In this document: positions 21,045 to 30,440 of the stretch, piece after piece | Layout: each line of letters starts with the position of its first letter | How positions within the stretch are numbered: the first letter of the stretch is position 1 | DNA from: a virus | Taxonomy: Duplodnaviria > Caudoviricetes | Reading direction: 5' to 3' (one strand) | IMG/VR virus record: IMGVR_UViG_3300043812_000026 | Length of the DNA stretch: 64,000 nucleotides | Made by a program: the position numbers and the translations under genes | Notes under the pieces: model-generated | The model's database searches: none | Seen by the model: only the letters and a program-made list of their open reading frames with translations | What the model was told of the DNA's origin: nothing

Positions 21045-21117
21045 TTGCGGAGACAGGACTTGAACCTGTGACCTCCAGATAATGAGTCTGGCGAGCTACC
21101 AACTGCTCCACTCCACG
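21045..21117 (-). tRNA. tRNA-Met(CAU), initiator-like
   Basis: Cloverleaf with C1:A72 mismatch and anticodon CAT. Confidence 0.88.
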
Positions 21118-21175
21118 ATAAGAAAGGATTGGTCATTTGACTGACATTTAATTAATGTATTTAACCAACAATTAT

Positions 21176-21204
21176 ATAATACACCTGTCTTATTAAAAAA
21201 GCAA
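21176..21204 (-). promoter_or_regulatory. sigmaA-type promoter of the tRNA/sRNA operon
   Basis: TTGCTT-17 nt-TATTAT. Confidence 0.6.
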
Positions 21205-21217
21205 GAGGAATTGTGAA

Positions 21218-21649
21218 TTAATTTCCAAAATTCATCTGATCTAACTCGCCCATATCAAAACCCTGTCCGAAATCAAGGTCTTCTTTACCTTTAGTGACTT
21301 TTTGTTCCTTTTTAAGCCGACCAATTAAGCGACCAGCGTCTTTCTTCGTTAGATTATCTAAGTCTAAGCTTGCTGGATCCTTATCAGCTTTATTAGCTAA
21401 TTGTCGAATGTAATTAAGTTGGCGAGTAGTAGCAGGTTCTCCTGCACGGTTACGAGGTTTCATTTCTCCTAATTGTTTAGGCTGATAACCCTGATTAGTG
21501 GCTGGCGCTTTAGTTAAGCAAAGAAGCATATTGTCTTCGTTAAATGGAACAATGTTAGCTACTCGGTATTCATTACCAGCAGTAATCTCTTTAACTTTTT
21601 CTTCTACCTTATCTTTTTCAACAGTATAAGCTAGATCAATATAATTCAT
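21218..21649 (-). CDS. Hypothetical protein
   Basis: ORF with RBS; ATTRQLNYI..LTKKDAGRLI small helical motif. Confidence 0.75.
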   Translation of the reverse strand: MNYIDLAYTVEKDKVEEKVKEITAGNEYRVANIVPFNEDNMLLCLTKAPATNQGYQPKQLGEMKPRNRAGEPATTRQLNYIRQLANKADKDPASLDLDNLTKKDAGRLIGRLKKEQKVTKGKEDLDFGQGFDMGELDQMNFGN

Positions 21650-21650
21650 G

Positions 21651-21995
21651 TTAATCGTCCTCCTCTTCCCTAGCTCCTGCTAATTGTGTTTCTAAATCAG
21701 CTAATCTATCTTCGTATTGAGCACGAATGTCATCAACATAGTTATCCCATTCATCATCTTTTTGGTCTAATTCGTCATCAAGATTAGTGATTTGTGTAGT
21801 AGCTTCTCCAAGAAGCTCAATTAAGCTAAAAGCTAAATCGCTGAAACGATCCTGTTGACTATCATAATATTTTGGATCTATATCTCGAATGGTAGCATTA
21901 ACATAATCAAGCCAACGGGTATGACTATTAACACTAGCGTCTACATCAATGTTTTCTTCTGCATGAGCAATAAGCTCTTTAGTAGTAATTGCCAC
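21651..21995 (-). CDS. Acidic coiled-coil hypothetical protein
   Basis: ORF with RBS. Confidence 0.75.
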   Translation of the reverse strand: MAITTKELIAHAEENIDVDASVNSHTRWLDYVNATIRDIDPKYYDSQQDRFSDLAFSLIELLGEATTQITNLDDELDQKDDEWDNYVDDIRAQYEDRLADLETQLAGAREEEDD

Positions 21996-22109
21996 AATAC
22001 GTAATCCTCACATTCAACCAAAATTGGACTAATTAAGATAAAATAAAAAGCCCTATGTATACCTTAAGTATAACATAAGACTAATTGATGTCAACTGTTT
22101 ATTACTGTT

Positions 22110-22784
22110 TTACCAACCACCAGTTTTTGGCGTATTTTGCCAGCCACCATAGCGACTATTAGCATAATAGTTGGCGAATGCGTCTTGGGTAGCAGGATCC
22201 ATTGACCACTTCATACCAGTTGCACTTTCAATTCCAGCGATAGTTTGTGGTGCAAATTGGTATGCGCCAATGTAACCGTTACCAGTATTAGTATTGTAGT
22301 TACCACCAGATTCGATAGAACGCCGAAGGGCGGCCATTGAATTACCAGCAAGTGAGCTGTTAGTAGTATCCTTAGCTGGTTGACTTTGAACTGGGGTAGT
22401 TGATTGTTGTACAGGTGCTTGTGATTGCACTGGTTGGTTCTGTACAGGTTGAGTATTAACAGTAGCTTGACTAGCTGGTTGAGCTTGGCTAACTACTGGA
22501 GCCTGTACATTGTTAGTAGTTGATTGTTGTGCTTCTGGAGTAAGCACTAAAATATCACCAACGAAGATCTTGTTAGCATCGCTAAGGTTACTAGCGGATG
22601 CAATTGTTGATACGTCAGTACCGTACTTGTTAGCAATACTAGAAACAGTGTCTCCAGCTTCTACCCGTACATGAGTATCATCAATCTTAGTGTCAGCATT
22701 AGCTGTAGTAGCACCAAGTAAAGCACCTGCCATCACAGCACCAGCTAAAGCGAATTTAACATTTTTGTTCTTAGATAATAAAAT
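22110..22784 (-). CDS. Secreted LysM plus lysozyme-like (Apf/transglycosylase-type) protein
   Basis: Signal peptide ..ATTANA-D, LysM, Q/P/T linker, IESGGNY..NGYIGAYQF; start ambiguous (frame open upstream of 22736). Confidence 0.85.
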   Translation of the reverse strand: MLLSKNKNVKFALAGAVMAGALLGATTANADTKIDDTHVRVEAGDTVSSIANKYGTDVSTIASASNLSDANKIFVGDILVLTPEAQQSTTNNVQAPVVSQAQPASQATVNTQPVQNQPVQSQAPVQQSTTPVQSQPAKDTTNSSLAGNSMAALRRSIESGGNYNTNTGNGYIGAYQFAPQTIAGIESATGMKWSMDPATQDAFANYYANSRYGGWQNTPKTGGW

Positions 22785-22960
22785 AAACCATCTATCCTTT
22801 CATTTACATACGAATTCTTTGTTTGTTCATATAAAATTCATATTTGATTACACTCTTACTATAGCACGCACCAGTTACAGAACAACTACAGAAATATTAC
22901 AACAATATTACAAAATTAAGACAAAATAAAAAGACCTGTCAATTAGACAAGTCCTAATTA

Positions 22961-23293
22961 TTAATTATTATCTTTTTTACTAAGCAAATGTTTGAGAAAT
23001 TCAAGGCTATCGTCTTCGTCTAAGGTGATAACTTCCATATGGTCTTCGTCCTCATCAGTTACTTCACTTTCCGTACTATCGTCATCGGTAAGCGTGATGC
23101 TGATAATATCATTGGCTAATTCTTGTGGGAAATCAGTAGTTGTACAAAGATCGTCAACCGCTACACCAATTGAGAAGATAATGTCTTCAAGTTCAGCTCC
23201 GTCCCAAGTATCACCCATTTTTTCAATTAGTTCTTGTGCCATATCCATAGAGCGTTCGTATTTTGCTTGGTCTTCATTACTAAGTTTAGTCAT
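22961..23293 (-). CDS. Acidic hypothetical protein
   Basis: Early-type leader AAGGAAAGGAAG; very acidic. Confidence 0.8.
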   Translation of the reverse strand: MTKLSNEDQAKYERSMDMAQELIEKMGDTWDGAELEDIIFSIGVAVDDLCTTTDFPQELANDIISITLTDDDSTESEVTDEDEDHMEVITLDEDDSLEFLKHLLSKKDNN

Positions 23294-23354
23294 TATTGTA
23301 ACTTCCTTTCCTTTAATATGTTTTAATTCTAACTTCGATGTTTTTAGAAGTCAA

Positions 23355-23789
23355 TCAGTTTTCAACCTTTTCTTCAATAAAAGAAATATTGCTAAATCCC
23401 TCTAATTTTCTTGCAATTACCTTTAGTAAGTCAACATTTTTAAGTTTATTGCCTTCATTATCAACAAACCCGTTACGTCCTCGCTTAGCTAATAACTTCT
23501 TAGTAGTGAAAGTTTTAATTAAATACTGATTATCAGTTCTAATTAGTATCGACTTATTTTTAGAATGATCATAAGCTTTGAGAACCTGAAAGAAGGATTT
23601 TAGGGATAAACGATCTAAGTCAGAATTATCATCTGCCTTACTAAAATGATCCACAGTCTTACCATGCTTACAAGTATAAGAATAAACACCTCGGTTATTC
23701 TTATTAAAGATTGAAACATCGTATTTTGATGTAGGAACATTACCTGTAAGTAGGGGTAATGTTGAGAATGTGAACTTTTGTCTTGGCAT
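23355..23789 (-). CDS. Degenerate RNase H-fold protein
   Basis: ILIRTDNQYLIK and LKNVDLL match RNase HI motifs; the first catalytic DG motif is not evident. Confidence 0.6.
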   Translation of the reverse strand: MPRQKFTFSTLPLLTGNVPTSKYDVSIFNKNNRGVYSYTCKHGKTVDHFSKADDNSDLDRLSLKSFFQVLKAYDHSKNKSILIRTDNQYLIKTFTTKKLLAKRGRNGFVDNEGNKLKNVDLLKVIARKLEGFSNISFIEEKVEN

Positions 23790-24886
23790 TATAAATTAAT
23801 TCCTTTCTTTTCTTGGTATTCGTCCATAGCTTGATTAACAAGACTATCAACAAAATTATTCCCTTTATTATCTTGATGACTTTCGACTTTATATAAGAAA
23901 ACGTTACTAAATTTCTTTAAATGCTTTAACATACTCAGCCAAAGATCAGCATTCTTAATTTTTTCACCGTTAGGTTTCTTCAAATCATTCTTCGCCCAAG
24001 TGTATAACCAGCTATCGTTAGTCAGAGCTTTAATTACATACTGAGAATCAGTAACAATAATAATTGGTTTATCGTGTAAGTAATGAGCATCTCTTAAAGC
24101 TTGCAAAACCGCTTTTAACTCCATTCGCTGGTTAGTAGTGTTTTGAACCGCCTTATTAAAATTGATAGCGGGACGGTCTGGAATTTGAATCGAATAAGCA
24201 TAAGCGCCAATCTTAGTCTTATTTCTTTTACCACCATCAGTGTAAATTTTAATAGCTTTCTTAGGCAAAAAATCAAGCTGTGATAAAGGAGTAAATCCAT
24301 AGTCAATATGTTTCTTACCTTTTTGGATAATGATAGGATTACCAGATTTACGTTCAACCTTATTTCTAGTAAATTTCTTTCTTAATCTTGCACTAATATG
24401 AGGTCTAATTGTTTTAAGAATTTTCATTAATTCTTGATACACCCTAGGACTAGGATCAACTTCTTTAATAAGAAATCCTTTCTTAAATTGAGAAAGTAAT
24501 TCCCCAACCCTAATTAACATCTTTCTTTCCTTAGGAGTTAATCTAATATCATCTGGGTTAACCTTACCAGTAATCAAGTCTCTTAATTTAGGGTCTTGGA
24601 TTTCAATACAAATAACCTGTCTTTTCTTCATCGTTTGAAGAGCAATAATCAAAGCTCTCATATTAAGGATAAACTGATTAAGATTTTTAACAGCTTTATA
24701 ACCTCGATCAGTCTTACTATTTCCCATAATAAGATAGCCATAGGACACTAATTGAATTGGACCCAAGTCACAGTTTTGATTGTGATAGCTTGTGACTACA
24801 ATTTTATAACTGAAATCACCTTGCTTTAACAACTTAAGATTATTAAGTGATTTAACTGTATTAGATTTTGTTCTCATTTTATTCAT
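23789..24886 (-). CDS. rnhA: Ribonuclease HI with N-terminal extension
   Basis: IYTDGG, TTNQRMEL, VTDSQYV, KNADLW, SH..N..VD. Confidence 0.9.
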   Translation of the reverse strand: MNKMRTKSNTVKSLNNLKLLKQGDFSYKIVVTSYHNQNCDLGPIQLVSYGYLIMGNSKTDRGYKAVKNLNQFILNMRALIIALQTMKKRQVICIEIQDPKLRDLITGKVNPDDIRLTPKERKMLIRVGELLSQFKKGFLIKEVDPSPRVYQELMKILKTIRPHISARLRKKFTRNKVERKSGNPIIIQKGKKHIDYGFTPLSQLDFLPKKAIKIYTDGGKRNKTKIGAYAYSIQIPDRPAINFNKAVQNTTNQRMELKAVLQALRDAHYLHDKPIIIVTDSQYVIKALTNDSWLYTWAKNDLKKPNGEKIKNADLWLSMLKHLKKFSNVFLYKVESHQDNKGNNFVDSLVNQAMDEYQEKKGINL

Positions 24887-25369
24887 CTCTTCATAGTTTT
24901 ATTCATATGTATTAGCTAACTTGTATTAAGTAACGCTATGTATGAATTATAACTTCATCTTGCTTAGAAGTAAATCCTTATTTCAAACTTTCTTACTACC
25001 CTATCTTTTTCTTCTCTTCTTTATCCTTACTCTATATCTAGTCTTTATCTCTATCTTATGTCTTACTTATTATTACTCTATCTTATTACCTTATACCTTA
25101 CTTACTTACTTCCTAAGTTTAAATACTAGATAATAAGATAAGATTAATAAGAACTAACTTTAACTCAGACTATCTAACCCTAGCTTATTACACTTAAAAG
25201 AAACAACAAAACAAAACAGCACCCCCTAATATGCAGTCAATTCTCTAGTAATAAATCTACTCTAGTTATTGATATTACAGTATTAGAGAGGTATGTCATA
25301 TGATTTGTTAAGTTTTAATTCTAATATAATTAGATCAAGTAAGGCTATCACTAATTAGCGAGAATAAAG

Positions 25370-25826
25370 ACAGAGTAATAATTACTCCGCAAGACATCAG
25401 TACTTATTTACGTTTTACGGCTTATTCGTACTGTTCCATTTTTAACCTCAGCGCACCCTTGGTCCTACTTATCACATCCTAGTTTTAGCATCCGGGAATC
25501 AGAGCTTTTTATTGTTTACCCTCAGGGACCTCCCTGAGCATAGTTGATAAGTTAGGATTGGAACCCCAATACGCGGTCCAAGCAACAATTAGCAGAACTA
25601 ATTGTTACCACCCTGTTACGTTTCGTCTTCCCTACAAAGGGAGGGAATTAATGACAGGCACGTACAAGAGCCTTTAACGTTACCTACTGGTAGCGAGTCT
25701 ACTGAGTCATACCACGACTATTGGGAGACTAAACCCTACCGACTACCAAGGCTTAGGCAGTTATATACATACCAAGGTCGCTGTCGGTTTACACTATTCA
25801 ATTAGGTAACGTTAATTACCCGAATA
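25370..25826 (-). ncRNA. Large structured non-coding RNA of unknown family
   Basis: GC-enriched, no credible ORF; extended -10 TGATATACT at about 25829-25837; 12-bp long-range helix UAACGUUACCUA/UAGGUAACGUUA and several hairpins. Confidence 0.65.
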
Positions 25827-25968
25827 CTAGTATATCACACTTTCTCCCATTAAAACCATTTTATAGTGAAAAAAAATAAAAATTTTCTTGCTATAAGATC
25901 ATCACTTAGGATTGGATTAAGGAGTATAATTAAACTATTAAATCTGAACAACGAAAAGAGAATATTGA

Positions 25969-26229
25969 ATGTACCATGCAATTATCTTTCATACACCTAA
26001 TTGTATGAAGTGTAAGTTAACAGAAAAGCAATTGTCCCAGTTGATGTCAACAAAGATGGTTTTGATTGATCGGCTGGCTGAGACTCGAATGGATATTATC
26101 AATTACATGGAAAGTCACGGAATGGCTTCCTCACCTTTGGTTAGAATTTATCAAGGAGACAAGTTAGTGGACGAATGGAATGACTTTCAAGTATCAAAAA
26201 TTAAACAGTGGAAAGGTAGAGTTGGTTAA
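25969..26229 (+). CDS. nrdH: NrdH-like glutaredoxin
   Basis: TPNCMKC..T, SSP and WNDFQ motifs. Confidence 0.8.
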   Translation: MYHAIIFHTPNCMKCKLTEKQLSQLMSTKMVLIDRLAETRMDIINYMESHGMASSPLVRIYQGDKLVDEWNDFQVSKIKQWKGRVG

Positions 26230-26258
26230 TCAAAACTTATTATGTAAAACTGTATTAC

Positions 26259-26579
26259 TTGTTCAAATACATCGGCTATTCTAATTATGAAATGGTCAAT
26301 ATGATTGAAAATTTGATTAGTAATCCTTATTCAGATGTTTATAAGCTACGAGATCAGTTAGACGAGTTTGAATTAGTTAAATTTAGACAACTTTCTGAGG
26401 GTCCAGTTGCTTATACCGTCTGTAAAGCTCCAGAATGCGCTGTGAGCCGTTTTAAGGAAGTTCTAGTACCATTAGCCGAAACAGGGGTAAAACACAACGT
26501 AGATACCTCTCTGTTAAAATTACAGCTTGATACAAATGTTCATGTAGCTGAGGATCGAATGTTGTTGCTTTTGAAGTAA
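26259..26579 (+). CDS. Hypothetical protein
   Basis: ORF in operon; start uncertain. Confidence 0.65.
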   Translation: MFKYIGYSNYEMVNMIENLISNPYSDVYKLRDQLDEFELVKFRQLSEGPVAYTVCKAPECAVSRFKEVLVPLAETGVKHNVDTSLLKLQLDTNVHVAEDRMLLLLK

Positions 26580-26588
26580 GGTGGTAAG

Positions 26589-26924
26589 ATGGAATTTGAA
26601 ATTATTTCTCCACACCCGTTAGTTGATAATCTAAAGGGTGAATTGTTAAGAATGGAGAAACAAGTAAAGGAAATTATTAAAGACCCGAATTTTGATGGTC
26701 TGTATTTCACAGATGGTTACCAAGGTGAAATTTTAGTTAATGCGATGCACAAAAAAGTAATTGGTAAGAAGTTAACAGGTTATTTTCCTATGAAATCAGA
26801 CCTATCCAATATGGATCAAGTTATCAATAACGTTGTTAGTGCTTGGAAACAGCAGGCAACCGAACGTGGCATTAGAGACTTCAATAATTTCCTAAAATCA
26901 ATGTATGTAGAAGGTGTAAAATAA
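26589..26924 (+). CDS. Hypothetical protein
   Basis: ORF with RBS. Confidence 0.75.
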   Translation: MEFEIISPHPLVDNLKGELLRMEKQVKEIIKDPNFDGLYFTDGYQGEILVNAMHKKVIGKKLTGYFPMKSDLSNMDQVINNVVSAWKQQATERGIRDFNNFLKSMYVEGVK

Positions 26925-26941
26925 TCGAAAAGACGCTTTAT

Positions 26942-28403
26942 CAAGGATAATTGGCGAGAATACCCCCACTTTGATAAGTGGGAGATGAATCGCCTTTTTG
27001 TTATAATAAAGAGTTTGCAAATCTTGCCTTGACTTCTTCTAAGTTTTGAAGTTATACTTCGCTTATAGAAGAAAAGAGGTGAAATGAATGTTAAAGGGAG
27101 TAAAATTACGCTTATATCCTAATGCTAAGCAACGGGATCAGTTAACTCAAATGTTTGGTAATGCTAGATTCATCTGGAACATTATGCTAGACATGGCTAA
27201 AGCTAGATATAAGAATAATCCTAGTAGTCAATTTGTAAATGAATATGGAATGAATTACTTGGTAAAGCAATTAAAACAAGAATATCCATTCTTGAAAGAA
27301 AGTGAGGCTAGAAGTTTACAAATATCTAATCATTACTTAAACCAATCCTTTAAGATGTTATTTAAACACCAAGGTGGCTATCCTAGGTTTAAAAGTCGTA
27401 AAGCTACTAAACAATCTTATACTGGTGATGGTAGTCGTGGTGGTTGTCATATTATAGCTAAACGTTATATAAGACTACCTAAACTAGGTTCTATCAAGAC
27501 TAGTAAGACTAGCCAATTAGAAGGACTAAAGATTAAAAGATATACAGTTACCTTAGATCCCACTGGTAGATATTATTTATCTTTAATGGTTGATGATCCT
27601 AATATCCAACCTTTAGAACCTACTGGAGCTGTTGTAGGGATAGATATGGGAGTAGCTGATCTAGCTATTACCAGTGATGGTTATAAATACCCTAAGTTCA
27701 ATACTCCTTACTTAGATCATAAGGTAGTAGAAGCTCAATCTAAGTTTAGTAAACGTAAACAAAGAGCTTTAGTTAGAGTAAGACAATGGAATCATAATCA
27801 TAAAGATACTAAGATGGAGTTAGAAGATTATTCTAATTGGCAGAAAGCACAAAAACAGAAAGCCAGATACCAAGCTAAAATAGCTAATAAGCGTAAAGAC
27901 TACTTACATAAGATAACAACTGAATTAGTAAAAAGTTATGATGTGATTGTAATAGAGGATTTGAAAACCAAAAATCTTTTAAAGAATCATCATTTAGCTA
28001 AATCAATTACTAATAACAGTTGGTACTTATTTAGAGAAATGTTGGAGTATAAGTGCAAATGGTATGGTAAACAATTAGTAGTTGTTAAGCCCAATTACAC
28101 TTCACAGATATGCTCTAATTGTGGTTACCACTCTGGTAAGAAACCACTAGATGTTAGAGAGTGGACTTGTCCTAATTGTGGTACTCACCATGATCGAGAT
28201 ATTAATGCTTCAATTAACATTCTAAATAGGGGATTAAAAGAGTTAAAGAAAATTAAGGCTAGGGACTAGCCATGGTAAAAGAGCTTAGTTCTGTAAGTTA
28301 GGTTTAGTGAATACACTTGTAAGATCCTAAATACTACTAAGTGTTCCCAGAATCCCCACTTCAAGTATTAAACTAAAAGTTTAGCTAAGTGGGAGAAGTT
28401 CAA
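26942..28403 (+). mobile_element. IS200/IS605-family tnpB-only element
   Basis: TTTAT immediately 5'; subterminal hairpins CCCACTT..AAGTGGG at both ends; right end GTTCAA; excision rejoins an ACGCT/GGCGT hairpin. Confidence 0.85.
27088..28269 (+). CDS. tnpB: TnpB RNA-guided nuclease
   Basis: HTH_OrfB N-terminus; GIDMG, IEDL, DRDINA; zinc ribbon. Confidence 0.95.
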   Translation: MLKGVKLRLYPNAKQRDQLTQMFGNARFIWNIMLDMAKARYKNNPSSQFVNEYGMNYLVKQLKQEYPFLKESEARSLQISNHYLNQSFKMLFKHQGGYPRFKSRKATKQSYTGDGSRGGCHIIAKRYIRLPKLGSIKTSKTSQLEGLKIKRYTVTLDPTGRYYLSLMVDDPNIQPLEPTGAVVGIDMGVADLAITSDGYKYPKFNTPYLDHKVVEAQSKFSKRKQRALVRVRQWNHNHKDTKMELEDYSNWQKAQKQKARYQAKIANKRKDYLHKITTELVKSYDVIVIEDLKTKNLLKNHHLAKSITNNSWYLFREMLEYKCKWYGKQLVVVKPNYTSQICSNCGYHSGKKPLDVREWTCPNCGTHHDRDINASINILNRGLKELKKIKARD

Positions 28404-28420
28404 GGGCGTGTATCAAGAAT
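28257..28420 (+). ncRNA. omegaRNA (scaffold plus guide) of the 27088 TnpB
   Basis: Overlaps the tnpB 3' end through the right end; homologous to 42454-42578. Confidence 0.75.
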
Positions 28421-28438
28421 TTGAAGGGAGAAATTAAT

Positions 28439-28579
28439 ATGGCTGGAATGAAAGCACAAGTTAAGCATCAATTGCGTTCTAAGGGTATTAGAACGATTAC
28501 AACTGATACGGGTAAGGTTCTTAAGCTTCAACAAGCTAAGACCTCTGAATTGATCAAAGTAGCAAGTAAATTAGCTTAG
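28439..28579 (+). CDS. Small basic protein (46 aa, not in ORF track)
   Basis: GGGAG RBS; MAGMKAQVKHQLRSKGIR... Confidence 0.7.
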   Translation: MAGMKAQVKHQLRSKGIRTITTDTGKVLKLQQAKTSELIKVASKLA

Positions 28580-28588
28580 GGGGATTTT

Positions 28589-29131
28589 ATGAAAAGTTTA
28601 GTTAGTCCATATTTTGCCGAATACCAAGATAAAGAAGTCAAGTTTTCTACTAAGAAATTAGTTCAATTAATGGCTCAATGTTTTTATTTTAATGTTTTAC
28701 ACAGTGATAAGGAGAATGTTAAGCCTACATTTGAACGTTTTATTGATAAAGATACTAAGACTGGTTATGTTCGTTTAACATTTTCTAGTTGTAGAGTAGA
28801 TAGTGATTATGCAGTTAACGGTTATGTTGACTACACTATTAAGGAAACGATGTTAGGTCTATTAGGTGATTTTAACTTAGAAAATAGTGTCCTTGACCTT
28901 ACTCCAGAGGATTTCCAAAAGTGGTTCTTAGAAGAACTTAAATCCCTTGTTGACCAAGAAGAAGGGGTTACCTTAGTTGCAGAAGAATCTGTGGTTCAAA
29001 GTCCTTATGATAATAGCGATGACGAAAACTATACAATTCAATTAACCTTGGACGTAGATTTACCTAACTTGGAAGTAGAAAAGGAACCAGAAGGAGAAGA
29101 AGAACAAGATGGTGAAGAGACGGTTGAATAA
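28589..29131 (+). CDS. Acidic hypothetical protein
   Basis: ORF with RBS. Confidence 0.75.
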   Translation: MKSLVSPYFAEYQDKEVKFSTKKLVQLMAQCFYFNVLHSDKENVKPTFERFIDKDTKTGYVRLTFSSCRVDSDYAVNGYVDYTIKETMLGLLGDFNLENSVLDLTPEDFQKWFLEELKSLVDQEEGVTLVAEESVVQSPYDNSDDENYTIQLTLDVDLPNLEVEKEPEGEEEQDGEETVE

Positions 29132-29630
29132 CAATCGTCAACGTGTTTATCAAGTTCTCTATGATATTGGAGTTAAGTATCCCGGTATGTTAGTAATTAA
29201 CTGCCGGGATATTTCTGATAAGCAGTTGGAACGGTTGGAAAAACAAAATAAGATCTATCGTAATGACAGACGAACTGAGCTTGACTTTGGTTTTACTGAG
29301 CATACTTATCGCTTTGCTGGAATTACCGATCAATACTTAATGATTGATGACTTAGTTAGTCAAATGATTGTGATGTCCTTAGAAACAGTACAAAAAGGGA
29401 TTAGTGTTAAAGACTATCAAGCTCATCCAGACTTACTTAAAGCAGTAGACCAGACTAAGTGTTATTTACCAGAAGGTTTTATTCCTACTACAGAAATCAA
29501 TAAAATGTTTGCTACTGGTGGTAAGATATGTTATTATAATAAAGAACTGACAAATATTGGTCGTTTAGGCAATATCTTGAAAGCAGGGGACTTCACATTA
29601 ACTTCTGATTTAAATGATTTAGAACTTTAA
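29109..29630 (+). CDS. Hypothetical protein
   Basis: Overlapping operon ORF. Confidence 0.75.
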   Translation: MVKRRLNNNRQRVYQVLYDIGVKYPGMLVINCRDISDKQLERLEKQNKIYRNDRRTELDFGFTEHTYRFAGITDQYLMIDDLVSQMIVMSLETVQKGISVKDYQAHPDLLKAVDQTKCYLPEGFIPTTEINKMFATGGKICYYNKELTNIGRLGNILKAGDFTLTSDLNDLEL

Positions 29631-29679
29631 AATTTGGCTTATCAAGATGTTTCTGAAAAGGATCGAAAGGATTAGAATA

Positions 29680-30237
29680 ATGGCAACTATTAAAAAAGCA
29701 ACGGTCAAGCCGTATAAAGTAGTGTTGGCTGGTAAGGAATACTATGATTTGCATCGTATTAATCATTCAGGGGTTTCTGCTTATATTCAGTGCTCATGGT
29801 TTAGTGATAATCAAATGCGCTTTATGGAGAAAGGGTTAGAAGCCCTAGCAGGAAATTTAACCTTTAATCTTGCTAACAGTCATCATCCACTAAGCCACCA
29901 GTACAATGATATTAATGTTAATGACCATCCAGAGGTCATGGACGACTTTGAATGGCAAGAATGTACAGTTAATATGGACTTAGAGGCAATGAAATCTAAT
30001 CCGATTGGCGTTGCTCTTTATATGCCTAGTGAACCAGATGAAGGTATTGCTTGGGAATCTGGTTGGCTATATGCTTCTCATAAACCTAATTTAGTAGTTA
30101 TTCCAGATGATGAAATAACTACTCCGCTTAACCTAATGATGATTAAAAACACTCGAATTATTAAATTAAGTGAATTACAATCGTTCGATTTCAATCATGA
30201 TTTAATCTACAAACCTTATCGTGGTAAAGTATTCTAA
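29680..30237 (+). CDS. Nucleoside 2-deoxyribosyltransferase-like protein
   Basis: Y...WFSDNQ, D.EAM, DEGIAWESG, PLNLMM and Y.GKVF resemble lactobacillus NDT; RBS favours ATG 29680. Confidence 0.8.
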   Translation: MATIKKATVKPYKVVLAGKEYYDLHRINHSGVSAYIQCSWFSDNQMRFMEKGLEALAGNLTFNLANSHHPLSHQYNDINVNDHPEVMDDFEWQECTVNMDLEAMKSNPIGVALYMPSEPDEGIAWESGWLYASHKPNLVVIPDDEITTPLNLMMIKNTRIIKLSELQSFDFNHDLIYKPYRGKVF

Positions 30238-30376
30238 TAGATAGCAAAAATAAAAGGCTACATAAAAGAGTCAAGAGTCTATATTTTATTCATAATCGGT
30301 ATAAAGTACGTGACTAAAGTAATATATTTTAATTAAAGTATGTTATAATTTAAATAACAACTAAAAATAATAGTTG

Positions 30377-30433
30377 CTAAATACTACTAAGGTAGTTTAT
30401 AGAATCTAAGCTATTCATGACTGAGTAGTTCAC
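30377..30433 (+). mobile_element. Degenerate IS605-type right end / omegaRNA remnant
   Basis: CTAAATACTAC...AGAA..ATTCATGACTGAGTAGTTCAC matches 42524-42578. Confidence 0.65.
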
Positions 30434-30440
30434 CTTAGTT

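Noticed and set aside
25370-25826. Retron msr-msd or group II intron
   Set aside because: No reverse transcriptase in the window and no recognisable domain V or GUGCG start; ORF 25602..25805 looks spurious.
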